Part shown: one piece after another, positions 24,881-37,499 of the stretch
Position numbering within the stretch: position 1 is the stretch's first letter
Layout of the letters: every line of letters begins with the position of its first letter
Assembly: GCA_023213395.1 (NCBI GenBank)
Contig: CM041465.1
Coordinates: forward strand, 223,269,741-223,333,740
Source: Cycas panzhihuaensis
Lineage: Eukaryota > Plantae > Cycadophyta
Direction of reading: 5' to 3'
Length of the DNA: 64,000 bases
The notes under the pieces: model-generated
Told to the model about the DNA's origin: nothing
Databases searched by the model: none
The model's input: only the letters and a program-made list of their open reading frames with translations
Made by a program: the position numbers and the translations under genes

Positions 24881-27800
24881 TGTTAAAATATGTAATATCT
24901 TCACATTCTAATGTTTAATGTAAAGTAGTGGACCCACACAAAATACCATTCACCAAATGTATTAAGAGATATAAAATACACAATTATTCATATAAATATC
25001 ATATTGGATAATGAAATAGCTCAAGAGATATAATAGGTTATTCATAAAGTGGCATATCTATAAATATGTATATACATTACTTAAGAACTTGAGAAAGGTC
25101 TTTGACTTGAAGATATGTTCATTTAATGTCTAAAGAGGAGTTCTCAACTCTAACTTTCTTCTATGGTTTTTCTTATAGTGGATTTTCCATAATAAATTTG
25201 TAATTTATCTTGTGGTGCATGTTTCCGATGTTTAATACTTTATGATTTATGTATATTACTTAATATATTGATTTTATATACATGACTTATATACATTCCT
25301 CATGATATGATTCATTAATTATATATGTTTATTATACTTCTGTTGCGTATAATGAGTGCATTACAATATGGTATTTGACTTATATTCTAAATTCTAACAT
25401 GGTATTAGAATCATGTTATGAAAAATCTTATAAAAGTAGGTTACAAGCCTATACTTGAGCCAAGATTGGCGAGCTAGTTGAGCTAATAACTAAGCTAATA
25501 AGAGAGCCAATATATAAACTAGTATAGGAGCTAGTATGAGATGCATATTATTGAGTAAGAAAACTGATTATGTTAGTTATGCTAGCGACATGTGACCGAT
25601 ATTCTAGGGTTAAATAAAGTTAAAGATGAATAAGTGATCTGCATACATATGAGACAAAGTTATATATAGAAGTGATGAAGTTACATATAAATAAAGTTGC
25701 ATGATGAAGAATTATAATAAATTGATGATATGCTATTGAATTTATTCTAGATATATATTTATGCACGTAGTTAGCATATTCCCAAGAACATACAGGTTTG
25801 AAAGAACTCCACTGAATGATGATATGAGACGAAGAAACTATTACTAGTTGTGTTCACCTTCACAAGTTGTCCACTTATAGAAGTGACTAAGATTTTATGA
25901 TAGTAGACACCTCACCAAATCTCACAATTAGCAACAACAAATTATTTAATATGTGAGAGCATGATAGATCAAGTAAGACTGATCATTTTAAGAGAGCAAA
26001 ATGAAAATCATTACTCCATTAGTGAAGTGAAGCAGACAATAAACTCACATGATGATAAAAAGTGACATATCGAAAAGATTGATCATGTTATGAGAGAAAA
26101 ATGATAGTTATTACTCTGTTAGTGAAGTGAAACAGATAATAAACTTATATGATGATAAAAAGCTACATATTAAAAATTTAAGATATGCGTTATTGATGTG
26201 GCATGCATGATTTATTAATAGTGAATAAGACATAAAATTTTGTAAACTAAGGGCAGGATTGCGATAGGATTTTATGTTGGCATGAGTTGAAGGGCATATA
26301 TAAATGAAACTATTGATAATACTATTTTATAACATGTGGATGTGAATGAATTATTAATTGTATGTTATGAGATAAAGGCATGTGTATAACAATATGAGGA
26401 GTGCTAGAGATATTAGTAGGAAAAGAATAAGATCATATTGAAGAGGTACAAAATGACAGATTTAATTTGCAAGCAACATGAGATGATGATCTTCCAATTT
26501 CAAAACTATTTCTGTTGGTCTTTGTATGTAGAAGGTCCATAGTTTTCATAAGATGGATGCCAAGAAATAGGGCACATAGTGCAACAACCAATTCCCAATT
26601 ACTGCAAAAGTTTAACCCCCATTGCTACTTTCGAATGATATTGCTTTTGTTGATCATCCATGGCCTTGTGCTCTAAATTCTTCCACATATCATCTATATC
26701 TACAACTATGCAGCCATGCCAAAATTGCATGCCCATGAAGAACACACCTAAGAAGTTGAATGGAGAATAGCACACAACTAACACCATGTAGATGAAAATG
26801 TAAAGAACTCAGCGTTATGGACAAGAAGCTCATAGACAATCATGAAGGAAATTAATAATGTGTCTACAGTAAGCTATAAAAGAAAACAATAATGATTCTG
26901 CCATTTAGCCATAAGCTGTTGTGATCCTATGAAGAATGACCTCCAGTGAAGGTTGATTGGATGCATGATTTACATACACATAGAGATCAACACGACTAAA
27001 GATGAAAATCTACATATTGGAACTCGCCAGGTAAGGTTCAAACTATACAACACTTGTGCCACTCATGTTTTCTCCACCCGCCACGCCATTCCAAAAATAA
27101 ATAGCCACGCCAAGTATACAAAAAAATAAATGTAACTACAAAGAAGATAAACGTACCTATTGTACAAAGATATATCGCGTAATAGCCATGAAACCTATCC
27201 TCAAGCTCTGTTATGTCGATGCCACACTGATCAATTATTATGCCCAAGGAGAGAAATATATAATTGCATCTATTTAAATCTCTAGAGAACAGATCTATGC
27301 CATGCCAACAACCAAAAGTAATCTACACCCTTAAAAGAGAAATTACCCAAACACATCCAACTTTTGAAGAAAAATCAATTCAATCATAAAATTGTAAACT
27401 AAAACATGAAAATGCGCAGGAGAAATTTTGATCAAATAAAAAAGTTTACATTTATGAGTTAAATTATTTTTAATATTTTTTTCAATTCCATGTTAAGGGT
27501 AGACTCCAAATTATAATTAATCATATTTGAATTGATTAACTTATATTTGATGATTTTTAAAATTTGCTAGCCAACTTTACCTTCAGTAGATAATCGTATG
27601 GAGAAAACACATGACCACCAATTAATCGAAAATGGGCTTAACATTAATTTTTAAGAGTTGCTCACTTTTTTATAATATACTATCATATTTTTTTGTCACA
27701 ACTTTTCATTAGAATATTAGATTTAGGTGTTCTCAGTTGTGTTGAAAACAAAATTTCAAGACGATTGAAATGAGTAGTCACAAGGCATATTTCAAACATA

Positions 27801-29732
27801 AGATAGATATTAATGGATAAAGTTGAATGAAATGCTTTTGACTATATAAAAAATATATTTTGACATTTTTTAGATTTACTTTATATATTCTAATGTTTTT
27901 AAAGGCTCCAAAATAATGATGACGTTATTAATGATTACTAAAGAATGTAAAAAGAAATTTTGTTTAAAAGTGAATACATAAAGGCTCATTAATGATAATT
28001 TAAGGGTCAAAATAGATAAAAATTCATGTCATAGGATACAATTAATATGATATTAATGCGAAAATCTTTTGATATATGTTAAACATAAAAATCTCCCTTA
28101 GAATTAACACATCTAATTTAGTGGTATACAATACTAGTCATATTACTTATTAACTGTTTATTGGATACCTATTTGATAATTGATAATGCCACCTAATATT
28201 TGATAAATAACTCATATTATTTATTTTTTGAAGAGATAAATTGATATCATGATTGAATAACTTTTTACCTATTTATGAGACATGGAGACGAAGTCTCATA
28301 TGCTAATTATTTAGCACCAAAATCAACTGTTAAGGTTATCCATTTGATATATGAAATATGTTTGGCAGTGAAAAATTTAACTTATCATATATGACAAGAG
28401 GCATAGAAACACAATTTATGTTATCTTATTATAACTAACTTGTCTTGGTCAGGTAGTAAGGCCTGCTCTCAAAGTTAGTATGTTTAGTTTGCTGATTTGA
28501 TATTGATGGATTATTTAATGGTTGCCAAAATAAAGTTACAAGTGTATAGAAACATTGATAAAGGTAACACATAAGTTATTTGCTCATATAAAAAAGATTA
28601 GATAAATGAGGTTACTTTTGTACAACACACATATTGTTTTGTTAGTCTTATATATAAGAGGTGAGAAATTTTACAATACTATTATTTATTGATGAACAAA
28701 ATATGCAAAATAGCTTTCTAGAAAACTATCAATTATAATGGCTAGTTACCCATGTGTTTCAATGGATGGTTATTATTTTATATGTATATTAGTAATTGTT
28801 TTATTTTTTGAGATTGTTCAGATGACTGAGTTGACATATGTTGATTGATAGTAACTTTATATGTGAAGATATAAAGGTGTTCAGAAAAACACTTCATATA
28901 GACATGATAATTAAAGTCATATATATTGGTGATTAATTGTTGGTTGGTATATACAAATATTTTACAGGTTGGTTGTTAATAGTTGGTCACTCATAATCAC
29001 AAATGACTATAGTTGATTACAAGCTAATGCTTACAGGAAACAAGCATTATGATTGTCAGATTATAGGTTATAGGTGATACAACTTAATACAATTTGATAC
29101 CAATTAAAAGTTTATAAATTCCAACATATAGGAAAAATAAAAAGATATAAAGATGATAACTAAGGTTGAAGATGAAGACTTGGAGATTTGAAAATATTAA
29201 ATATTAAGGGTAACTATTAGAATGTGTGATATCTTCACATATATAATATTTAATGTAAAGTAAGGGACCCACATAAAATACCACTCAGAAAATGCATTAA
29301 GAGATGTGAAATACATAATTATTCATGTAAACATCTTATTGGATGATAAAACAACTCAAAAGATGTTATAGCTATTTATGAGGTGACATATTTGTAAATA
29401 TGTACATACACTACTTGAGAATTTGAGAAAGGTTTTTGACTTGGAGGTGTATTCATTTGATATCTAAAGAGAAACACTTCTCTTACTTTCTTTTGTGATT
29501 TTTCCCACACTTAGTTTTCCATGTATAAATCTTATATTTATCTTATAGTGCATGTTTTTGATGTTTAATATTTTATTATTCATGCGTATTGCTTAATGTG
29601 TTGATCTTACATACATGATTTGTATACATTCCTCATGATATGATTTATTGATTATACATGTTTAATATACTTTCGCTACATGTAATGAGTACATTACAGT
29701 ATGGTGTCAGAGTTAAATTTTAAATTCTAACA
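24881..29732 (+). mobile_element. Non-autonomous LTR element (LARD-like, 4852 bp), related to 12056-14140
   Basis: LTRs 24881-25399 and 29215-29732, PBS TGGTATTAGAATC, decayed PPT, perfect TSD AGGTA, no gag/pol recognised. Confidence 0.93.
25980..26176. repeat. ~100-bp tandem duplication
   Basis: TGATCAT..AGTGAAGTGAA..ATGATGATAAAAAG repeated twice. Confidence 0.8.
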
Positions 29733-31106
29733 AGGTAAGAGAGGTAACTAAGTTAGAGTTGCCATAAGGAAGGAGATCAAAGTACCACAAATATAAATAT
29801 GATATCATAAATATTATTACATAGATATATAAAGCTAAAAAAAATATACAAAATCAAAAAATGAATCATTAAATTTGGATATCAATTAACAAAATTTTAA
29901 TGACTTGAAGATTTAGTAGGAAATAAACAAAAATTGTTGTTTTTAGCAAAGGAAAAAATTGACCCATATTTAAATTATTAAATTAGAACCCTATTATATT
30001 ATATGACCACTCATTTTGAAGGCATCAAAATGAAGAATCTAATGATGTTGATGACATTGAAATCAAAGGTTCTTACAAAAAGTTAATCTTAAAAGAATAT
30101 AAGTGGGTTTGAAATTTTTTAAACTAAGACTAAAAAAAGAAACTTAGCCCCTTTTGGCTAGGGTTTTGATCATGTGTAGCAATCCATATGACTATTTATT
30201 GATGCATAGGAGGCTAATGGTAAATATGATTTTTTTTTTTCTAATTTAATTTAATTAAATCAAAATTTAAGGGAAAAAATATAATTGAAAATTTAAAAAA
30301 TATGCATGTAAAAAGGATTTTAGCAGTGAAAGTTTGAATTTGTGGATAGATTTTCAATTACTGAAAGGTATATTTGAGTTAGGAGGAAATCAAATAAGGA
30401 CAAGTCTACTTTTTAAGTATAGTAGAGCCCCCTACATATAGAAATCATAGAGAATAATTTGAGAAATTCGTCATTCTTCATTGGAGGGCCACTACCCAGT
30501 ATAGAGTTGTTATGAAAGTATGTGAATTTGCCTTCAAGATCTTCTCTTATATAAGCATGTCTTAAATGGGGGAAATTATCATGCTATCACTTATGTGAGA
30601 GGATACTACTAGAGTAAGGAGATTGAGAGGAATAAAGAGCTTATAGGATCCTCTTCAAACCCCATCACTTATTCATCAATGGAGGGTATCACTAGAGTCT
30701 ATACTGAGATGCCTAAGGTACTCTATTCCATACTTGTTTTTATTTTTGGATTTAAAAAGGATTTACTTTTTGAGATATTTTTATTAAAAAAAAAAAATTG
30801 TATTCTTAAAATTCTTTTTACTAATTAATTTTTCTCTACACAACTATATCTTGGGTATACAAGTGCAATTATGAAAAGATACAAAGGGGGTTAGTAGGGT
30901 ACTATATGGCTCACATGAGGAGTATAGAGTCTTAACACTATTGTACAATTATGTACATGTACATACAATCTTATAAAAAGTCTATGTGAGAGCCATAAAC
31001 TTGTACAAATTGTATGTTTAATATATAGTAAGAAATAAGCGACATGATCCCTTTAGAAATGTTGATCTCTATATAAGAATAAATTTGGACTTTCGATGGC
31101 TATGCA

Positions 31107-31109
<3 letters not shown>

Positions 31110-31190
<81 letters not shown>
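31110..31190. repeat. (TA)40 microsatellite
   Basis: Perfect dinucleotide run, absent from the homologous LTR-A position. Confidence 0.98.
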
Positions 31191-31193
<3 letters not shown>

Positions 31194-31222
31194 TCATAAA
31201 AGCGCACAAGTCATATTGAGTC

Positions 31223-34200
31223 TATCACATTCTTAAATTATGAAGAAACCATTTTTTAGGAGAAATAAGAAATTCTGTATTTTAGGAGAATAACAATTAC
31301 ATCCCTAAATTAGATGATGTTAGTATTTTGAGGAGAGAGAAATAGAAGTTAGGCTTTAAAGAGAGAAAATAAGGCTATAAATAGATAATCCTTATTCATT
31401 TATAAAACATCTTTATTGAATATAATATTTCAATATAAGATTATAGTCAAGGGCCATTAGGGCACCATTGTGTTAACAGGGAGGGCACCCTTGCCTCGAA
31501 GAGGGTATTATTACCTAAGATGTATAATTTGATATTTACTATTCTTATTATCATAATTTGATGCTACTACTATCATTTTAATTATTATTCTATGGAGGAG
31601 TGATATTCTGTTTTATATTGTTATTGTTAGAAAGAGTGAGATACATGCAGGATTGTGATATTATATTTGAAGGGTCTTTTATTGTGATTATTAACATTCC
31701 TATCATATGTGTATGGGCATTGCTACATTGGCATCAAAGTGAGGTTATGTAAGTATATGAATCTCCTATAGATAAATTATGAAGAGATGGCATGTATACA
31801 AGCAACATAATGCTAGTTTTCATTGTAGAATTTCATTAATTAAAGACCAAAGTGGGATGTAGCAATTCCTTGTTGAATATTTATGGAGGGTGCATATCAC
31901 TGCCATAGTAGGTAGTGCCAAAGGAGTGTGACAAGGGTTTCATTGTAGTCCAAACTATAGTTCATAGTTAATGCAAGGCATTGATAATTGGTGGGGATCA
32001 CAACTGAGAATGGGTGATTCCAAGCATCCATTCATGAGTGTGTTCATGTTAGATTGAAAGGCAAAAAAAACAAAGAGGTAGAGGATTCTGTGAGATTGAG
32101 ATGAACTTGAGCAACTAGATGTAGGCATGATAAGTAGATAAATCTATTAAAATGAATTCAAGAAGTTGGGCATATGCCCAAGTAGTAGGAGCAAAGATGA
32201 ATAATGAATCCCTATGTGTAACACACACACACACACACACATTCCTAATGTTTTATTTTAATTTAACTAGATTTAATGTTTGGTTGAAGTTTACCCCTCC
32301 TTAAGTCACATGATTAGCCAATATGACTAAAGGTTAAGTTTAAAAGGAAAGGGGGTTTCCAAGATTTATTTATTTATTTTTGAGTTTTACTTTTCAAATA
32401 GGGTACTATAATACTTTCATCCATAACAATAGCTACAGGTACTGGATTTCAATTTTGTTTGAATTGTTAGAACCTTTGTTTAAAGACCATTAAATTAAGT
32501 GGTCATATGGTATCATTTTGGCCAGTCTTTGATGCAGATTTTAACCCATAAAGTTGTAGTTTTCATTGAAACGAAAAATAAATGATGACCTGCTTAGTGG
32601 AATTAGAAGGAAAATCTCTAGAAAAATTAAAGGAGTTACTAAAGCAGAAGTAGCAAAAGGCATGTTTAATATGAAAAATTTAAAATATCCGACTATTCAC
32701 CCTAGGGGAAGGCATGATAGCTACAAAATGGATTCAACACATCAACACACATTCTGGATTCATATTAGATATAAAATTCGAGGGTTATGAACCGAGTATT
32801 TGAACACGCTTGAAGGGGAAAGCTCGTTGATGGTGTGAAGATTGGTTTGAAAGAATAAAAATCTTCAATAAATGGTATTGGTTAAAAAGATATTTTAGGA
32901 TAACTTCTACTTACCAGGATCAAGATGGAGAAATCAACCTAACTTAAGACAATGTTGTTAATGAGAATTTGAAAGAAATTTATCATAAGGAAGTTGCTAA
33001 AGAATCGAAGCAGTTAGAAGAAGGGACAATAGAAGAGGAATAACTAACCATTGATAAAGGTATTTAGGAAACATTATAGCAGCATTAAGGAGAATCAATT
33101 TAGGACCAACACATATAACAAGATTTAAGACACAAAGTAGGGGAAAAATGAGCATATTGTAGATGAACTTAACTAGATATTAGTTGAAATAGAGCACTAT
33201 GGTGAACAATTTATGTAGGAACAACATGATGGAGATGATGAGAAATCAAAAAAAGGATCTAATGAAAAAAAAGCCACAAAAGAAGCTAGGCAACCAATGA
33301 ATCCTACAAGGTACTTGATCTTATTTTGCACATGCATATTACTATTGGTAGTTTCATTTTCCCTTTTTCTTTTCCATCTTCAATAGTTGTATCAAAACCT
33401 TCCCTACCTTACCCTATAACTGCCCAAACTACTAAGTCTCTTAACTCTAATGTATTCATAGGATAAAATTTAGTCTCCCTTTATAACCCTAACTCATCCC
33501 ATTGCTCACATCTCTTTATCCCTTGTCCACTTTCCTCAGTAGGGTGTCCTAAATCTTCCACTCTCCCTTTATCATGTTTCGTATCCTAATTCAAAAATTG
33601 CCATTCATAAAATTACATCATGCATGTCCCAACCTTTTACACTTTAGTATAACCCATACTCTTTTTTTCCATTAACCCCTCAATCTAGCTTATACCTTGT
33701 CTTTAAACCTTTATGTAAACCCCATTCCCATAAAGAGTGTCTACCCTTTATCTCACATATCACTTATCTCCATAGTTATCCAACAAAAGCCATCTTGGAC
33801 ATACACCTCTTTTGAATCATCTTTCAAACCCCAAGTACTCATTTTTTCTCTAGGTTTCCTACATGTATAAATTTATTGTTAATCACTTTATTGACTCCCA
33901 TTTCTTTCGTTCCTTCTTATATTATCTAATCACATATACCTAACCCTTATAATTAATTCTTTTTATATCTCCTAAAATCACACTATAACTTTCCTTATAG
34001 AACCTCTTAATATTCTCAACACCTTTCACCCCTTAAGTGATGTCATTTAAGGACGAAATATGTAATAACAAAATAGAATCATGGCCAAGAATCATTGACA
34101 CCACACATGTTCCAAGATCTACCTTATGCATGAGAAGATAAACTATCTTCTTGGCTTCTGAAACAAGCATCGACAACTACAGATTAGCCGTTAGTAGTCT

Positions 34201-34852
34201 CCACTAAGGGCTCAAGATTGGACCTAATTTTAATGGCATACATAACCTAGTAAGCGATGGATTGAAGAATGATCAAAATAACACCAAGCAACCCCATATG
34301 TGGTGACCTATACTTTAAGGGCAAATGATTTTAAAGGGAGAAGAATTATGGTATTCTTAAATTATGAAGAAATTGAATTTTAGGAGAAATTAAGGAAGTT
34401 AGTATTTTAAGAGAATTGTCATTGCATCCCTAAATTAGATGAAGTTAGTATTTTGAGGAGAGAGAATTAGAAGTTGGATATTAGAAAGAGAAAGTAAGGG
34501 TATAAATAGAGAAGCCTTATTTATTTGTAAAACATCTTTGGCAAATCCAATATTTGGACCTGAGATTATGGCCAAGGTCCATTAGGGTGCTATTGTGCTA
34601 ACTTGGAGGCCACCCTCACCTTGAAGAGGGCATTATTACCTGAGAGGTGTAATATAATATTTACTATTATTATTATTATTATCTAGTGTTATTAATATCA
34701 TTTCATTTATTATCCTATGGACGAGTGATATTTCATCTTATTTTGTTATTGCTAAAAAGAGTGAGATACATGCATGGTTATGATATTATATTTGAAGGGT
34801 CTTTTGTTGTGACTATTAGCATTCCTATCACATGTGTATGGGAACTACTACA
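31223..34852 (+). mobile_element. Non-autonomous Gypsy-derived LTR element (3.6 kb)
   Basis: LTRs 31223-31727 and 34347-34852, PBS TTGGCATCAAAGT, PPT AAAGGGAGAAGAA at 34333-34345, decayed TSD GAGTC/AAACC. Gag-like remnants only; no RT or INT recognised. Confidence 0.88.
32221..32241. repeat. (AC)10 microsatellite
   Basis: Directly visible. Confidence 0.95.
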
Positions 34853-36202
34853 AAACCTCTATGGGCCATGCTTAACTACTTTCTAATGAAGAATTTTATT
34901 AAAAGGAATAAAATATAAATAATAGTTTCATAAATTAAGTTAGAATTCAATTTCATCTGTGCTCTTGAAATTTTCTAAATCTTAATAAAAAAACCTTAGA
35001 CTAGAAAAATAAATGACATCTCTATTTGAAATAAATAATTAAACAATGTTTGGGGTTTGAATGGAAAGTTTTTGTTCATGTTTCTAAGGCATAAATGCTC
35101 GTAATACATCCATGAAATATAGTTTAGGTTTACATATATTATGTTCTTATGGTTTATGGCATTCAAAAATGGGCATTTCATTAATTAGAAATAAAAATTA
35201 TAAATTCTACATGGAATAACTTTCAAAGATTATCTAGCTTGTTTATGATTGACCCATGGTATTAAATGGATGAATGAAGTATTCTATTTCTTCTACTTAT
35301 TAATTCTTTTTGAGAAATAATTAAGGGTATATTTCTTAAGCCTTAAAACCAACCCATAACATAAAACCAAAAATCATGCCATAACAACCTTAGCTACTTG
35401 TATGCACAAGGGTGTATGCAACATCATGCACAAGGATGTATAAGAGCATAATCATATACACATAGATGCACATGACATTGTGTAAATGGATGCATAAAGA
35501 GGAGAACATGAAGTAGATGGACTATAGACTAGGGTGGCCTATTCATAGAAATGCATATTTTTTGCCCCCTCAATTTATGGTTTCCATTAAGGAAGACTTC
35601 ACATGGATGAACTAGTATAATCCATAGGCATTAATTGGCACCAACTTCATATGGATTAATTGGAGTTGACAATTCCACATGGATGGACTATAAGGCCATG
35701 GAAACCTTGAGACATGGATCTTTAAGCTTGATAATTGGTTGTCCACTAGAAGGTGATTTTTCCAGAAACTTTGTTTACCTTTATAAATACCACTAAGAAT
35801 CAAGAGCTCATTGGAGCCCCCTCTTTGTTTGAGGAAAAGATCACCCATTAAGGGGATAGATTATTGTATACATAAAGAGGACACTACCTCAAAAGGAATA
35901 ATTTTTCTATGTGGCACCATCTCCACAATTAATATTTAGGAGTAGCACCATAAAGATGGTCATTATAGAATTTGGACATGTCTAACATGAGCGGTCACCT
36001 TTCTATCCTTGAGCTAGAGGCAATATATATGGAAATGCTTGATTGTGGGTTTGATCTTACATAATGATTTCTCATTTTAAACCAAAAGCATGAAACTCAT
36101 TTTTCCTCTTTGAACTTATTAATACAACTCTCCTAATTAAGGTGTTATTGTATGTGTATTTTCTAAGGTAAGAGATGAGATCCATGATAGTGGTATCAGG
36201 CC

Positions 36203-37499
36203 AAGGGAAATGAGAATATCATAGTACATTTAAAGAATACACCCACTAAGGAATCCACTAAGGTACATAAAAAAACTCTATTGAAAGCCCTACTTCAAAA
36301 TGAGACACCTATTTAAAAACAACCTTCAGAAGTGTTCTTACCGAAAGATCTATCTCATTCTATTGATGAACCCTCAATTTCTCAAACTTAGGGGACTTCA
36401 TAGGGTATAACCACACTTAATCAAGCGTCACCTTTATAAGCTTTGATTAATCATTGATAAACTCTAATTGAAGAATTATAAGACAAAATGACCCAATTAC
36501 AAACATAAATTTGGGACATAAAGCACTTCAACAAGGAAGTAGATGAATTTATGATCCTTTCTAAGGAGTCCACACATGAATGTGTAGAAAGACAATATTA
36601 AATTAATGAGGATTCTAGTAAACCTTCTAGTAAGTTTCTATTTTAGGAATAAATAAGGGACTTCACAAAACCTTTGATAAAAGCAAGAGGAAAGAAATAA
36701 TTGAAGTTCCTCAAGAGGAACCCAAAGTTGGAAAACATTTTATAAAGTTGAGGTAAGACCCTCAAAATATCCTAAATCCTCCTCTTTCATGTTAGACTCT
36801 AATTGTCCATTTAAAATACAAAAAAATAATAAATAATAGAAAAGGGTACATGATACAAAACAACTTTAAGATGTCCAAATCCCTAATTTTGATGGTAGGG
36901 TAGATGCAACAAAGTCTTTGGTCTAAACAATGGAAAACTTTGTGGAATTTAGTATCATCCTAAGAATAAGATTCTTAAGTCCAATTTTCCCTTAAAGACT
37001 AATCACATACTTGATGGAAAAGTATTTTTACATAAGTTAAATAAGGTCAAAGACCAATAATACATTATTGGGAGAAAATGAAAGAGACAATGAACAAATT
37101 CTTTGCCTCTTCAATCGATGGAGATGACACCTTAAAAGGAATAGAATTCATGAGGCAAATTGCATCATAAAGCATACCACTTTGTTCAAGGGCTAAAATA
37201 TTCTACTAAGAATATTGTTGCTATTGTAAAGCCAATCACATGAGATTAGGCAATGGCTAAAGCACTAAATGTTAAAGCAACTTAAAACATTATTAGAAAA
37301 AAATTAAAGAATCTTCTAAAGGAAATGAAATTACCAAGTATTAGATAAAGTAATGAACGTTTCTAGTATATATAAGAAATTCCATCAAGGGAAGAAGAAT
37401 TCTAGGAAGGCCAACCAAAAAATATAAATATAGTTCAATGTTTCAAGTGTGGAAAGGTAGGCCATCTTGTTTTGTAATGTTGAATACCATTAAAGGAAT
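36203..37499 (+). pseudogene. 5' UTR and gag of the Tekay-like family, second copy, cut by the Tat insertion
   Basis: Aligns to 10166-11560; knuckle QCFKCGKVGHLVL*C near 37437-37480. Confidence 0.85.

Larger units (their letters stand above)
30535..36189 (+). mobile_element. LTR-B of the Tekay-like family, split by the 31223-34852 insertion; left boundary uncertain
   Basis: Collinear homology to LTR-A 8055-10152; ends TGATA and is followed by PBS TGGTATCAGGCC. Confidence 0.78.

Noticed and set aside
26540-26610. GNWLLHYVPYFL resemblance to protein O-mannosyltransferases
   Set aside because: Too short, and the flanks do not continue the match.
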